The notes: generated by a model from the letters alone, not told the origin. A stretch of 64,000 nucleotides of DNA from Alphaproteobacteria bacterium UBA7314 (GCA_002471575.1 DKQG01000046.1:108853-172852), one strand, 5' to 3'; shown: positions 9,678-20,255, numbered from the stretch's first letter. Numbers and translations: made by a program.

Positions 9678-10886
9678 ATGGCTGCTGTTCAGAAGCTCTT
9701 AGATGTCAGCCCGGACCAACTCATCCAAAGAGCAATCGATATGCGTCCGATGATCGCGGCGCAGGCCGACGAAACCGAGAGAAACCGCCAAGTCGCGCAA
9801 GAAATCATCGATCATGTTCGCAATGGGGACTTTTTTCGGATTTACCTGCCGAAAAAATTCGGCGGGCTCGAATTCGATAGCGCCACGGCAACCCGGATTT
9901 CCCTGGAATGGTCGTCCGCCGACGTCTCGACCGGATGGGTATGTGGCCTCGGTATCGTCCACCAGTGGCTGGTTGCGCAGTTTCCGGCCGATACCCACGA
10001 AGAAGTTTGGGGTGACAACCCCAGCCCGATGATTTGTGGTTCGTATGCCCCTGCAGGAGAAATGAAGGAGGTAGAAGGCGGCTACAGTCTAACCGGCGAG
10101 TACCATTTCTCAAGCGGTGTCGATGTTTCGAACTGGGCCATACTCGGCGTCTTTTTCCCGCCGCGCGAAGACGGCGCCCTCCCTATTCCCGGCTTCACGA
10201 TCGTGCCGAAATCGGACTTTGAGATCGACGACAACTGGCACGTGATGGGTTTGACGGGAACGGGATCCAAAACCGTGGTCTGTCAGGATCTTTTCATTCC
10301 CGCCCACAGGCGGGTCACTTTTTCGGAGTTGGTTTCCGGCAACTCGCCCGGTTACCAGGATCTGCAAAACAATCTCTACCGCTATCCCATCCTTTCCCTG
10401 GTCGCTTATGCGATTTCGACCCCCGCCGTAGGCGCCCTTAACGGGGCGATCGATGTGTTTCTCGATTCGATGAACGGCCGTAAAACACGCGGCGCCGTCG
10501 TCCTGGGCGGCAGCAAGGTTCGGGATTTCCAGGCCGTTCAAATGCGTGTGGGCCGGGCAGTCGCCAACCTTAAAGCCGCCAAGGCAATGCTGTTTTCGCA
10601 AATCGAAGAATCGCGGTCAGCGGTCATGGACCGTGGCGAAATTCTGGATGTTGGAGGACGCCTGGATAATAGGCTTACCCAGGCGAAGACGGTCGAACTC
10701 GCCGTGGACGGGCTCGACGAACTTTTTGGCGCGGTGGGTGGACACGGCATTCATACTTCGCAGCACGTACAGAGAGCTTGGCGCGATGCCCATGCGATCG
10801 CTCATCACATTAGCTTTAACTGGGATGCGCTAAGTTCCATGTATGGCCAGCATTTGCTGGGCGTCGAACCACAGGGGCAGTACTGA
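9678..10886 (+). CDS. Flavin-dependent monooxygenase oxygenase subunit (acyl-CoA dehydrogenase fold, HsaA/HpaB-like)
   Basis: PKKFGGLE, FSSGVD, WHVMGLTGTGS and QRAWRDAHAIAHH motifs. Confidence 0.85.
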   Translation: MAAVQKLLDVSPDQLIQRAIDMRPMIAAQADETERNRQVAQEIIDHVRNGDFFRIYLPKKFGGLEFDSATATRISLEWSSADVSTGWVCGLGIVHQWLVAQFPADTHEEVWGDNPSPMICGSYAPAGEMKEVEGGYSLTGEYHFSSGVDVSNWAILGVFFPPREDGALPIPGFTIVPKSDFEIDDNWHVMGLTGTGSKTVVCQDLFIPAHRRVTFSELVSGNSPGYQDLQNNLYRYPILSLVAYAISTPAVGALNGAIDVFLDSMNGRKTRGAVVLGGSKVRDFQAVQMRVGRAVANLKAAKAMLFSQIEESRSAVMDRGEILDVGGRLDNRLTQAKTVELAVDGLDELFGAVGGHGIHTSQHVQRAWRDAHAIAHHISFNWDALSSMYGQHLLGVEPQGQY

Positions 10887-10887
10887 C

Positions 10888-11160
10888 ATGGTCGCATACT
10901 GGCTTGTGGCGCTCCGCGACGAAGACATGGGACCGCCAGAGAACCACGCGGCTCAGGCACAGATCGGCGTCAAAAAATACGGTGGCTGGGCTTATCGCGG
11001 CTGAGGCGCTGTCATGGGTGACAAGATGGCGGTGTTTAAGTTCGGTTCTATGGAACAGGTCGTAGCCTGTTACAATTCGCCGAAGTATTAGAAGGCGAGA
11101 GAATTGCGTAACGGCAAGACCGACGCTCTATTTCTCGTCGTGGAGGAAACCGATACATGA
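10888..11160 (+). pseudogene. DUF1330-family pseudogene
   Basis: MVAYWLV...KKYGG..RG*...MAVFKFGSMEQVVACYNSPKY*KARELR; two internal stops. Confidence 0.75.
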
Positions 11161-11639
11161 CAGGCAAGATACCAGAGTTTCATCTGGAGCAGTTTTTGCC
11201 TTATCTGGTCCATCGCGTGGGCTCACGCCTCGCCGAGGGATTCGAAGACAGTCTCGACCAAGCGGGTCTTAGCCTGCAGCAATGGCGTGCCGCCGCGGTG
11301 CTGTACGATTTCGGCCCTCAGACAATGGGCGACATTGCGCGCCGCACCAATATCAACGCATCGACCATGACCCGGTTGATCGGCCAGATGGAAAAACAGA
11401 ACTTGGTAAAACGTGAACGTCCGGTCGCGAACCAGCGTACCGTTTATGTGCGGTTGCTGACTGAAGGACGAAGACGCGTCTTAAACCTGATCCCAAAGGT
11501 AATTGATTACGAGGACAACGTAAGCGCCTGTTTTTCTGAAGCCGAGTTACGGACATTTAAGACACTGCTGGAGAAGTTCTTTCACAGCCTGGTTGACGAG
11601 GGCAGATCCATAGACAACCCCGAACAAATGGCTGGTTAG
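11157..11639 (+). CDS. MarR-family transcriptional regulator
   Basis: LEQFLPYLVHR...winged helix STMTRLIGQMEKQNLVKR...QRTVYVRL. Confidence 0.9.
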   Translation: MTGKIPEFHLEQFLPYLVHRVGSRLAEGFEDSLDQAGLSLQQWRAAAVLYDFGPQTMGDIARRTNINASTMTRLIGQMEKQNLVKRERPVANQRTVYVRLLTEGRRRVLNLIPKVIDYEDNVSACFSEAELRTFKTLLEKFFHSLVDEGRSIDNPEQMAG

Positions 11640-11789
11640 CGCCGGCTCCGCGTTATCAGGGCATCAACTGCCGCAAGGACATCCCCGCAACTATGCCCCC
11701 CCTAACTCCGCGTGATTGGCCAGCCCCCTTGTCAGGCGATGGGTAGCGGTTTTACTTTCGTGTATCGATAGAAAGAGCGGTCCAACAGA

Positions 11790-12635
11790 ATGAATATCGC
11801 CCCTATCTCGGATGCCGGCGGCGCAATTGTGTCCGGCATTGATCTGCGCCGGGACCTCGCACCGCAGGATGCAACGGCAATCAGGAATGCTTTTCTGGAA
11901 TACGGCGTTGTCGTCATTCGGGAGCAGGACCTGAATACCGAGGACCAGATAAGATTCTGCAACGCAATGGGTGGAACTGCCACCCGAGGAAAACCCGCCG
12001 ATCAACGGGCCGACGATGCCGACAGCGCCTATGACGGAGCCGTCCACGTGGTGACGAACCTGACCGAGGATGGAAAGCCATTGGGGTCTTTCGGCGATGG
12101 CGAGGTCTGGTTCCATCACGACGGCAGCTTTAAAGAAATTCCATACGCCGCAACGGTTTTATACGGCATGGCGGTCACCTCGACCGGCGGAGAAACTGTC
12201 TTTGCCAACATGTATATGGCATATGACCGTCTCAGCGAGGTAACGAAGAAACGGATCGACGGCCTCGACGGACTCAATGTCTACGACTACGCCAGCACCG
12301 GACGCGTGGATCTTGAGCAGGACATATCAAATATCAATCACTGGGTTCACCCGCTGGTGATCCGGCACCCGGATACGGGCCGCCGTGCGCTCTATGTCAG
12401 TCCTCTTATCACTGCTCGAATCGAAGGCCTGTCCAAAACGGAAAGCGACACGCTGCTGGAAGAACTGTTCCGCTATCAGGAAGACGACGAAATTATCTTT
12501 GAGCACAAATGGAAAGCAGGCGACCTAGTAATGATGGACAATCGCAGCATCACCCATGCCCGCAGGGATTTCCCCGCCGGCGAACCGCGCATGCTACGCC
12601 GCACGATGGTGGAAGGCGTATCTATCGGCCCCTGA
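11790..12635 (+). CDS. TauD/TfdA-family 2-oxoglutarate-dependent dioxygenase
   Basis: HHDGSF (HxD), GGETVFANM, HPLVIRHPDTGR and DNRSITHAR motifs. Confidence 0.92.
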   Translation: MNIAPISDAGGAIVSGIDLRRDLAPQDATAIRNAFLEYGVVVIREQDLNTEDQIRFCNAMGGTATRGKPADQRADDADSAYDGAVHVVTNLTEDGKPLGSFGDGEVWFHHDGSFKEIPYAATVLYGMAVTSTGGETVFANMYMAYDRLSEVTKKRIDGLDGLNVYDYASTGRVDLEQDISNINHWVHPLVIRHPDTGRRALYVSPLITARIEGLSKTESDTLLEELFRYQEDDEIIFEHKWKAGDLVMMDNRSITHARRDFPAGEPRMLRRTMVEGVSIGP

Positions 12636-12799
12636 GACCCGTTGCTCAGATATCGAAGCTCTCACCACTGATCTTGGTTGCGTAGAACCCGATAACGGCG
12701 CCGGCGTTCGCGCCTTCAGCGACAAAACTTTGAGAAAGCGCTGGCTCTCAACACATCGAAACAGTTTGAACGCAGGTCGAATTACCGTATTGAAGAGGA

Positions 12800-13258
12800 A
12801 TGTTGTTTGCGAGTTTGTTCCAGAAAAAATCCCAGCCGGTCCCCTTTTCGCCGGATATACCGCCGGACGAACGTCCGCTGCTTTTGGCCGAACTGACGGC
12901 ATGCGCAAATCGCAGTGGCGGATCCCTTAAAAATGCTCGGCGAGCGCAGGCTCTCGCCGACTTGTTCCGGGGTCTGTCCCCTGCCGGAAAAAAAGTATTT
13001 GCAGATACGCTGGGGACACTCAACGATGCCGCCAGCCGCACGTCGGGCGAACAATACAGCGAGATAGAAGAGGCAGAGTTTTTCGGGGGGTCGGAAAGCA
13101 AGCTGGCGTTGCTGGACATGTTTGAAACACCTAGGCGCCGGATACTGCATCATTTGAGCGGAACCAGTTCAGGCCTAAAAATTCTCGGTGAAATCAGCAC
13201 TCTGTCAGAAGTCGATGTCCAGAAGGATATAGACGAAGTAAAAGACGCCTCATCATAG
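12800..13258 (+). CDS. Hypothetical protein resembling an isolated malonyl-CoA decarboxylase N-terminal helical domain
   Basis: ANRSGG..NARRAQALADLFRGLSPAGKKVF...ETPRRRILHHL...GLKIL; GAGG RBS upstream. Confidence 0.5.
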   Translation: MLFASLFQKKSQPVPFSPDIPPDERPLLLAELTACANRSGGSLKNARRAQALADLFRGLSPAGKKVFADTLGTLNDAASRTSGEQYSEIEEAEFFGGSESKLALLDMFETPRRRILHHLSGTSSGLKILGEISTLSEVDVQKDIDEVKDASS

Positions 13259-13305
13259 CGATCGGCGTCGCCCAGAAACGGCACCATCCACGATGTTATC
13301 GCCCG

Positions 13306-13959
13306 CTAGGTCACTGCGGGTTTTTCGGTCTTCGACGGTGAAATTTCGAAATCTGCCCTTTTTAACCGGCGCATCTGACGCCGGTACTCATACATGAATC
13401 CCGGCCATTGGGTTGTCACCTTACCCGACGGGTCCTGGTAGTAGCTGTGGCATGAATCTGCGACCAACACGGTTTTCTCCAGTCTGCCCTGGATATCTAT
13501 GTTGAATGCATCTTGCACCGGGCGCCGCACGGAAATTTGTCTGATTTCGGGGCGGCTGAGCAGCCCCGCAGCGTCCGCTATATACCGGGCCTGGCTCTCC
13601 AGCATATACACGATGCTCCCCGCAATGTTGGTATTGGGGCCGCAGATCATAAAGAAGTTTGGAAACCCCGCCACCGTCACGCCGAGATAAGCCTCGGCGC
13701 CATCTTTCCAGACGTGGTTAAGATCGGTACCGGCTAGCCCCGTAATCTTCAGAGGCGTGAGGTATTGGGTTGGCGTAAAACCGGTGCCGTAGATAAGAAC
13801 GTCTGCCGGCTGGAATTCTCGGTCCTGCGTGACAAAGCCGTTAGTGCGTATCTCTGTAACCGGACTGTCCAACAGCTCCACGTTCTCGCGCTGCAACGCT
13901 GGATACCAGTCGTTCGACTGCAGTACGCGCTTGCAACCAAGCGGATAAGACGGGGTCAA
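13306..13959 (-). pseudogene. C-terminal half of a Baeyer-Villiger/flavin monooxygenase
   Basis: TPSYPLGCKRVLQSNDWYPAL, DVLIYGTGF and AYLGVTVAGFPNFF motifs; the N-terminal FAD and NADPH Rossmann motifs are absent. Confidence 0.85.
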
Positions 13960-14320
13960 CGAAAAGCCTGTGAGTGTTTCGAAACACCTCCGAAACGGCC
14001 ATTAGGCCCTCCCATTCGGCAAGTCGGTCCCACATTTCGACGCGGGCTGCTTCCTTTGCATTCCTCCCCATGAAGAGATTGTCCGGATAAATTGTTTCCA
14101 GATATCGGCAAATCGCTGCCGCTTCGCCGATCCAGTCACCGTCATCCAGTTCGAGAATGGGTACTCGGCGATGCGGATGTCTCTCGCAGAACGCATCGCT
14201 TAATTCTGCCGGGTTTCCGGGGTCGCTGGCCTCGACGATCTCTATATCGATCCCCTTTTCCGCGACGAACATTGTCGCCCTGCGCGGGTTAGGCGCGCTT
14301 AACCAGGTATAAAGTTTCAC
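13960..14320 (-). pseudogene. 3'-truncated glutathione S-transferase
   Basis: MKLY...APNPRR...RVPILELDDG..IGEAAAICRYLE; similarity ends near 13960, where BVMO sequence begins in another frame. Confidence 0.8.
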
Positions 14321-15336
14321 GCGTCGGTCTCCGCCGAAATGAAATTTTTCAGTAACTGCCTCGCCTGCAGTACCGGCGCGTCGGCGTTCACGTCGATGGG
14401 CTGCCAGACCGACGTGTTATCCAGGGATTTTTGCTGCGCTTCGACAATCTCGACGTCTTCCGAAAATATACTTTTGAACTCCGTATGCATCGCCCCGGTT
14501 ACGGCGATATCGTCGGTATTGTAATTCCGTCCGACCGACCAGAAATAGTGACAGGACGTTTCCGTTTCCGGTGTCACGAAATGCGCGGTGTGCAGGGTCA
14601 CGCCCTGCGACCGGTCCCCGGTTTCCGCACCGCTGCCCGCGATCGCGCACCCGATATCGAAGGCGCACAGGGATGGCGGCGTGAACTCCCACAAAAGCCA
14701 CCGGTCGACGTTTTCCTCTGTCCCGCTCGCACGGGCGAAGGTAGGCGACGGGACAACATCCATCATCCAGCGCCCAGCGCTGACCGTGCGATCCGTGCGC
14801 TCCACCCTGGGGGCCGTATCGGTAATCGCGCTGGATCCCAGCGTATCTGGGTGCACGAAGGGGGCATGCGTGTTGTCGAGCTGAATGTCGATCAGCAGAT
14901 CGTAAGCGCAAGCCACGGCCCAGTATTCGCCGGTGGCAACCCAGCCGGGGTCGTCTCGCCAGAATACGTCGGGAATGAGACCTTGGTCCGCGGCATCCGG
15001 GTCACCCATCCAAATCCACAGCCAATCGTACATTTCGACAACCGGGTATCGACGAACTGCGGCCCCGGGCGGTACACGGCTTTGACCAGGCACCGAAACG
15101 CAGGCGCCGGACACATCGAACTCAAGCCCGTGGTAACCACATTGGAGATGGCCGTTAGAAACCTTGCCGAGAGACAGCGGCAAGTGGCGGTGACAGCACC
15201 TGTCCTCCAGCGCTGCAACCGTCCCATCGGAAGTACGGAAAAGGACGACAGGCTCGCCCAAGAAAATTTTACCGACCGGTTCGTTCGTAACTTCGCCCGA
15301 CAGGCCGGCGATATACCAGCAGTTTCTCAAATACAC
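14317..15336 (-). CDS. Rieske non-heme iron oxygenase (VanA-like O/N-demethylase type)
   Basis: CCHRHLPL...CGYHG Rieske motif; DNTHAPFVH mononuclear iron motif. Confidence 0.92.
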   Translation of the reverse strand: MYLRNCWYIAGLSGEVTNEPVGKIFLGEPVVLFRTSDGTVAALEDRCCHRHLPLSLGKVSNGHLQCGYHGLEFDVSGACVSVPGQSRVPPGAAVRRYPVVEMYDWLWIWMGDPDAADQGLIPDVFWRDDPGWVATGEYWAVACAYDLLIDIQLDNTHAPFVHPDTLGSSAITDTAPRVERTDRTVSAGRWMMDVVPSPTFARASGTEENVDRWLLWEFTPPSLCAFDIGCAIAGSGAETGDRSQGVTLHTAHFVTPETETSCHYFWSVGRNYNTDDIAVTGAMHTEFKSIFSEDVEIVEAQQKSLDNTSVWQPIDVNADAPVLQARQLLKNFISAETDA

Positions 15337-15407
15337 GACACTTGGCTCCGTTGGCGTTCATTCACGTCAATGATACCGTTGAAGACGGCTGAAAAAAAAG
15401 GCATCGG

Positions 15408-17108
15408 ATGACCGGTTGGGACTACATCATCGTCGGCGCGGGATCGGCAGGCACCGTGATCGCAGCACGGCTGACTGAAATCCCGACCAACCGGGTGCTA
15501 CTGCTTGAGGCAGGGCGGGACACGCCGCCAGGCGACGAGGGCGATGAAGTTCGAGATCCGCTGTATCGCGCGACGTATCATTCCCGCAATACGTGGCCTG
15601 GCGTCATGGCACAGTGGCGGCCCCTGCCCCACAACGATCCGGATTCCGTTCCTGCGTTTCCCTATGACCAGGGACGGGTCATGGGCGGCGGATCGTCAGT
15701 AAATTCGATGGTTGCGATCCGCGGTATGCCCGGGGATTTCGAGGAATGGGTGGACGCCGGGGCATTGGGCTGGGGCTGGGACGATGTACTCAAATATTAC
15801 AAGCGCCTGGAAACAGACACCGATTTCGGTGACGATCCGCGGCACGGTAATGACGGACCTATTTCCATCCGGCGGCACAGGCGGTCGGACTGGCCGGGAT
15901 TCTGTGACGCAATTGCATCCGAACTGCACAGGCGCGGCTTCCCCTACGTAAAGGACATGAACGTTGAACCGCGCGACGGCGTGTGTTCGGTAGCGCTCAC
16001 CAGCACCCGGTCTATGCGTCAATCGACGGCGATCTGCTATCTGACGCCTGAGGTCCGCGCCCGCAACAATCTCGAGATACGGAGTGATTGCTACGCCGAA
16101 AGCCTGATGTTCGATGGCACGCGGTGCATCGGTATCCGGGTTCGCGCCCCGGCCGGCGAAGAAATACTCTCTGCACGTGAGATCATTATCTCCGCGGGCG
16201 CTTTGCAATCTCCCGCGCTGTTGATGCGGTCGGGCGTCGGTCCGGCGGCGCATCTTCGGGAACATGGGATCGAAGTTGTCGCGGACCGCGCCGGGGTCGG
16301 ACAGAACCTTCACGAACACCCGACATGTATCCTGGCCGCACATCTTCGTCTCAACGGCATGCAGCCTGCGGCTTTGCGTGCCGCAGGGAATATGGCGCTG
16401 CGGCATTCGTCGAAATTGGGGGACTGCCCCCCGCACGATTTCTATATCGCCATCGCGAACAAGGTTAGCTGGCACCCACTCGGCAACCGTATCGGCGGCG
16501 CAATCGCCGCAGTTGTAAAGCCTTATTCCCGGGGGGCGGTCTCTCTGAAGAGTGCCGACCCGACCATCAATCCTCGTGTCGCCTTTCACGTAATGGAAGA
16601 TGAGCGCGATTTCACGCGCATGAAGATGGCGTTACGATTATTCTATGAAATATTCTGCAGCGATGCGGTCAGGGATGTCACCACAGAGGCATTTCCAGCC
16701 GCGTTCTCCGCCCGAGTGCGGCAGCTCAACATGGAGACCCCAGTCAACTGGTGGAAATCCTTTGCGGGCTCACTGTTGATGGACATGCCGGGACCGGTGC
16801 GCCGCACCGCCCTGAAAACCCTGATTGCACCAGGGCCGTCCCTTGAGGATATTTTCGCCACCGAAGAGACGCTTGGATCTTGGATTCGGGAAAACTGCCG
16901 TGGATTTTTCCACCCCGTCGGCACCTGCCGCTTCGGGCGGAAAGACGATCCGTCTGCGGTGCTCGATCCTGCCGGTCGGGTATATGGTGTAGTCGGCCTG
17001 CGAATTGCGGACGCTTCCGTCATGCCGTCGATCACACGGGCGAACACCAATCTGACAGCTATCATGATCGGTGAAAAAGTGGCGGACCTGATAAAGGACG
17101 GTACCTAG
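15408..17108 (+). CDS. GMC-family oxidoreductase
   Basis: DYIIVGAGSAG, GRVMGGGSSVN, HPVGTC and ADASVMP...NTN motifs. Confidence 0.93.
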   Translation: MTGWDYIIVGAGSAGTVIAARLTEIPTNRVLLLEAGRDTPPGDEGDEVRDPLYRATYHSRNTWPGVMAQWRPLPHNDPDSVPAFPYDQGRVMGGGSSVNSMVAIRGMPGDFEEWVDAGALGWGWDDVLKYYKRLETDTDFGDDPRHGNDGPISIRRHRRSDWPGFCDAIASELHRRGFPYVKDMNVEPRDGVCSVALTSTRSMRQSTAICYLTPEVRARNNLEIRSDCYAESLMFDGTRCIGIRVRAPAGEEILSAREIIISAGALQSPALLMRSGVGPAAHLREHGIEVVADRAGVGQNLHEHPTCILAAHLRLNGMQPAALRAAGNMALRHSSKLGDCPPHDFYIAIANKVSWHPLGNRIGGAIAAVVKPYSRGAVSLKSADPTINPRVAFHVMEDERDFTRMKMALRLFYEIFCSDAVRDVTTEAFPAAFSARVRQLNMETPVNWWKSFAGSLLMDMPGPVRRTALKTLIAPGPSLEDIFATEETLGSWIRENCRGFFHPVGTCRFGRKDDPSAVLDPAGRVYGVVGLRIADASVMPSITRANTNLTAIMIGEKVADLIKDGT

Positions 17109-17109
17109 G

Positions 17110-17369
17110 CCGCCGATCTTTTCTCCTATGCAAACGCATCGGAGCTAGTCGGCAGCCCAAAGGCACCGGCACCGCGTATTTCGTCAGCGACGCCCCATCC
17201 TCGGCAGAACTCCATGGGTTTCCTTGGAAATCATGCTCATTTTTGGATGGGAGACGGTGCCATCTCTTCACTCAATCACAAGGCATTCGACGCCCTGATA
17301 TCGAAGCTAAGTGCCTACCGCCATACCAATCGGACCGCCACCGACGATCAACACCGGTATTTCCTTCAC
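17110..17369 (-). pseudogene. N-terminal remnant of an FAD-dependent monooxygenase (PheA/TfdB type)
   Basis: VKEIPVLIVGGGPIGMAVGT*LRYQGVECLVIE*RDGTVSHPKMSMIS, then a frameshift to TMEFCRGWGVADEIR. Confidence 0.8.
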
Positions 17370-17520
17370 GCTGGCTAAAGCGCCGCCTCCCAGCCGTGGA
17401 GCCTCGCCCCGGGCGCCTCAGTGTCATTTTGGTGCACCGAAATTCCTCCCAAGACGGCGAGAGCATGCCGGGAATTATATATTAACTCCAATATATATTA
17501 CTGATATATTCATAATCTAA

Positions 17521-18528
17521 ATGCATGATTTATCTCAACTTCGGAACCTCAACGTCAGACAGATTCTTGATCTGCTGGCCATCGTTGAACAGGGCGGCGT
17601 CACGGCCGCTGCCAAGACACTCAACGTTTCTCAGCCGGCGTTGACCCGATCAATCCAACAACTTGAAGACAGCCTCGACGTTGAATTGCTGGCCCGGGAA
17701 GGACGCGGTGTCGTGCCGACCCGCTTCGGACTCTCGCTGGCTGAACACGCGCGAACCATCGAGGCGGAGCTCCGCCACGCTACGCGTAACCTCAGCGACC
17801 TTCGAACGGTTGAAGCCGGGCATCTGGTAATCGGTGCCTCGCCAATCGGCCTTGCTACGCTGGTCGGACCGACGCTCTCGCGCCTGCACGACGAAATTCC
17901 CGGGCTGACTGTCGAGGTCCGCAATGATCCGTTTGAAATCCAGCTCGACGATCTGGACAACGGCGAAATCGATATCGTGATCGGCGCTCTATGGGGCGCT
18001 AAGACCCATGAGCACTTGGTGGAGGAAATTCTGTTTCAGAATTCCATGTCTGTCATATTACGCAGCGACCATCGCCTGACACGCCGGAAAAATCTGAGTT
18101 TTTCCGATCTGACCGATGAAACCTGGATAATTGCGCGCGGGTCCGCCGCGATCCGCCAGCTCGTTGCCAACGAGTTTCGGTTCGAAGGCAGCGAACTGCC
18201 AGTTTTCACGATCGAGACAGACTCTATGCTCTGTGTGAAAAGCTTACTTATCGCGAGCGACTTCATTTCAGCGAATCCAGCGGAACTGTTCGCAACGGAA
18301 ATCGAACGTGGCGTGCTTGCGACTCTGCCGCTTCGATGGCACTCCGGCACCCGCCCAATCGGATTTATGCTCCGCGAGCACGGCACGATAACGCCCTCAC
18401 TCGCCGCGCTGATAGATATCCTCCGCGATATCGGCCGAGAGATCGCGGAAGATCAGATCAAGCCTCGACCACGGCGATCCCCTGTATCTCGACCATCATC
18501 TCGGGTTGGGCAAACCCGGCGCAAGTAA
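17521..18528 (+). CDS. LysR-family transcriptional regulator
   Basis: TAAAKTLNVSQPALTRSIQQLE HTH plus a substrate-binding domain; AT-rich divergent promoter at 17472-17520. Confidence 0.93.
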   Translation: MHDLSQLRNLNVRQILDLLAIVEQGGVTAAAKTLNVSQPALTRSIQQLEDSLDVELLAREGRGVVPTRFGLSLAEHARTIEAELRHATRNLSDLRTVEAGHLVIGASPIGLATLVGPTLSRLHDEIPGLTVEVRNDPFEIQLDDLDNGEIDIVIGALWGAKTHEHLVEEILFQNSMSVILRSDHRLTRRKNLSFSDLTDETWIIARGSAAIRQLVANEFRFEGSELPVFTIETDSMLCVKSLLIASDFISANPAELFATEIERGVLATLPLRWHSGTRPIGFMLREHGTITPSLAALIDILRDIGREIAEDQIKPRPRRSPVSRPSSRVGQTRRK

Positions 18529-18856
18529 TCAGAGCGCTGCCAGGAAAATTCCCATCCGGGAAGTACTCCTTACGCAACTCGGTGAATTCCGTGCCGAAGC
18601 GAGAATCGATGATGAAAACCGTCATCTGTACGATATCGGCGAGCGAACCGCCGCATTGCTTCAGGAACGTCTCGATATTGGCAAAGGACTGCCGCGTCTG
18701 CGCTTCGAAATCTCCGTGCAGCGGCGATCCATCGGGCATTTGCGGCGCTCCATACCCGGCCAGCCAGATAATCTTCTGATCGTTACCGCTGGTGATGACG
18801 GCCGGAGAGAAAGACCGGTTCTTCTGCCAGGTACCGTGGATAAATTTGCGTTCCAT
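18458..18856 (-). CDS. RidA/YjgF-family protein
   Basis: FSPAV...LAG...AQTRQSFANI...FPGSALI...MVEIQGIA; GAGG RBS before ATG 18856. Confidence 0.88.
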   Translation of the reverse strand: MERKFIHGTWQKNRSFSPAVITSGNDQKIIWLAGYGAPQMPDGSPLHGDFEAQTRQSFANIETFLKQCGGSLADIVQMTVFIIDSRFGTEFTELRKEYFPDGNFPGSALITCAGFAQPEMMVEIQGIAVVEA

Positions 18857-19370
18857 GTTTTTAACCTCAGAGTAATTGCTATCCAGCAAAGCACGACGTT
18901 GTGTCGAGCGCGAGCATTGTCTGATTACGCGAGATCGTCGCCCGCACATTTCAGTTCGCCCGCTTGGGCGGCACCCACCCGAGTTGGAACGTCCACCACC
19001 TATTCCAGATACCCAGACGCTTCTTCAATCAGATGGGCCGCATTCCGACGGATGACGCCTACTTCAGCATATCGCCAACGGATCAGCGCAGTGGCGTCGG
19101 TGGAACATCCGCTGATCGGCATCAACTGCCGCCTGTGTGAACATTCGGACTACAGCGAACGGGCTTTTCCGCCATAAACCGGCGCCTGCTCATCGACGAG
19201 CACGGGCACTATATCTCCCCGGTCGCGTTTGTGGATTGAAAACGCCAGATGCCATCAGCATTTGATCCGTAATAAAAATTACGTAGATTAAATCTTATGT
19301 ATCCTGCCCAGACAATTGACAACTCCACCGGCAATTTGTCGATCCTTAGGCCAATACGGGGCGCGGGCCG

Positions 19371-20255
19371 GTGACGGGTTTCGGAAAGCATCTGCTTACA
19401 TGCGCGTCTCTGGCCGTTGCTGTTTTACCTGTCTGGCTTGCCGTCACCTTGCTGCCCAACCAAGGCGGGCTGCGGATCAAATACACCAGCGTCCGTACGG
19501 TCGCCGAAACCATCGACCTCTTTAAGGAAAACGGATTCGATCCGCAAAAGGACATAAGCGGAAACGATCCCGAATTACCACCGGTATTTATCACTGATCT
19601 GCCCGACGACCTGAAGGCGGTGCCAGATACAGATATCAGGAAAGCAGTGTTCATCTCCATCGTGCTGCCGCACGTGCTATTTGCCAATGAAAAGATCCGC
19701 GCCGACCGGCGAAGGCTGCAGCAACTTCACCGGTCGATCGCGAAAGAACGGACCCTGCGGACCCGTGATCGAAGATGGCTTGAGCAAATGGCAAAAAATT
19801 ACCGCACCAGCCGGATGGACACAGAGGAACTGCTGCGAAGGGTGGATATCGTACCGCCGCGCCTCGCGGTCGCCCAAGCGGTTCAGGAAACCGGGTGGGG
19901 AACTTCGCGGTTTGCACAGGCCGGAAATGCGTTGTTCGGCCAGCACGCCCCCTTGGGGGCAGGGTCTATTCAGGCTTCGGGCAATGCGAAGGTCGCACTT
20001 AAATCGTTTGATACGCTACAGGACAGTGTCCGAGACTACATGCGTAACCTTAACCGTAACCGCGCGTACAGGGGTTTCAGAGCCGCGCGGGCAAGCATGC
20101 GCGCATCCCAGCGTCCGCTGGACGAAATAGAGCTCGTGGGCACTTTGGCACTGTACTCGGAAGAAGGCCGGGTCTATGTCGAGCGCCTGCGGACCGTGAT
20201 GTACCTACCTGAGGTTCAGGCCGTGAAGCACGCCGGTTTCGTGGATCCACGTTGA
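19371..20255 (+). CDS. Glucosaminidase-domain (Bax-like, GH73) periplasmic protein
   Basis: N-terminal TM segment; RKAVFISIVLP; LAVAQAVQETGWGTSRFAQAGNALFG; YMRNLNRNRAY; YSEEGRVY. Confidence 0.85.
   Translation: MTGFGKHLLTCASLAVAVLPVWLAVTLLPNQGGLRIKYTSVRTVAETIDLFKENGFDPQKDISGNDPELPPVFITDLPDDLKAVPDTDIRKAVFISIVLPHVLFANEKIRADRRRLQQLHRSIAKERTLRTRDRRWLEQMAKNYRTSRMDTEELLRRVDIVPPRLAVAQAVQETGWGTSRFAQAGNALFGQHAPLGAGSIQASGNAKVALKSFDTLQDSVRDYMRNLNRNRAYRGFRAARASMRASQRPLDEIELVGTLALYSEEGRVYVERLRTVMYLPEVQAVKHAGFVDPR

Noticed and set aside
18900-19300. Possible pseudogene upstream of ridA
   Set aside because: The frames I translated gave no recognisable motif.
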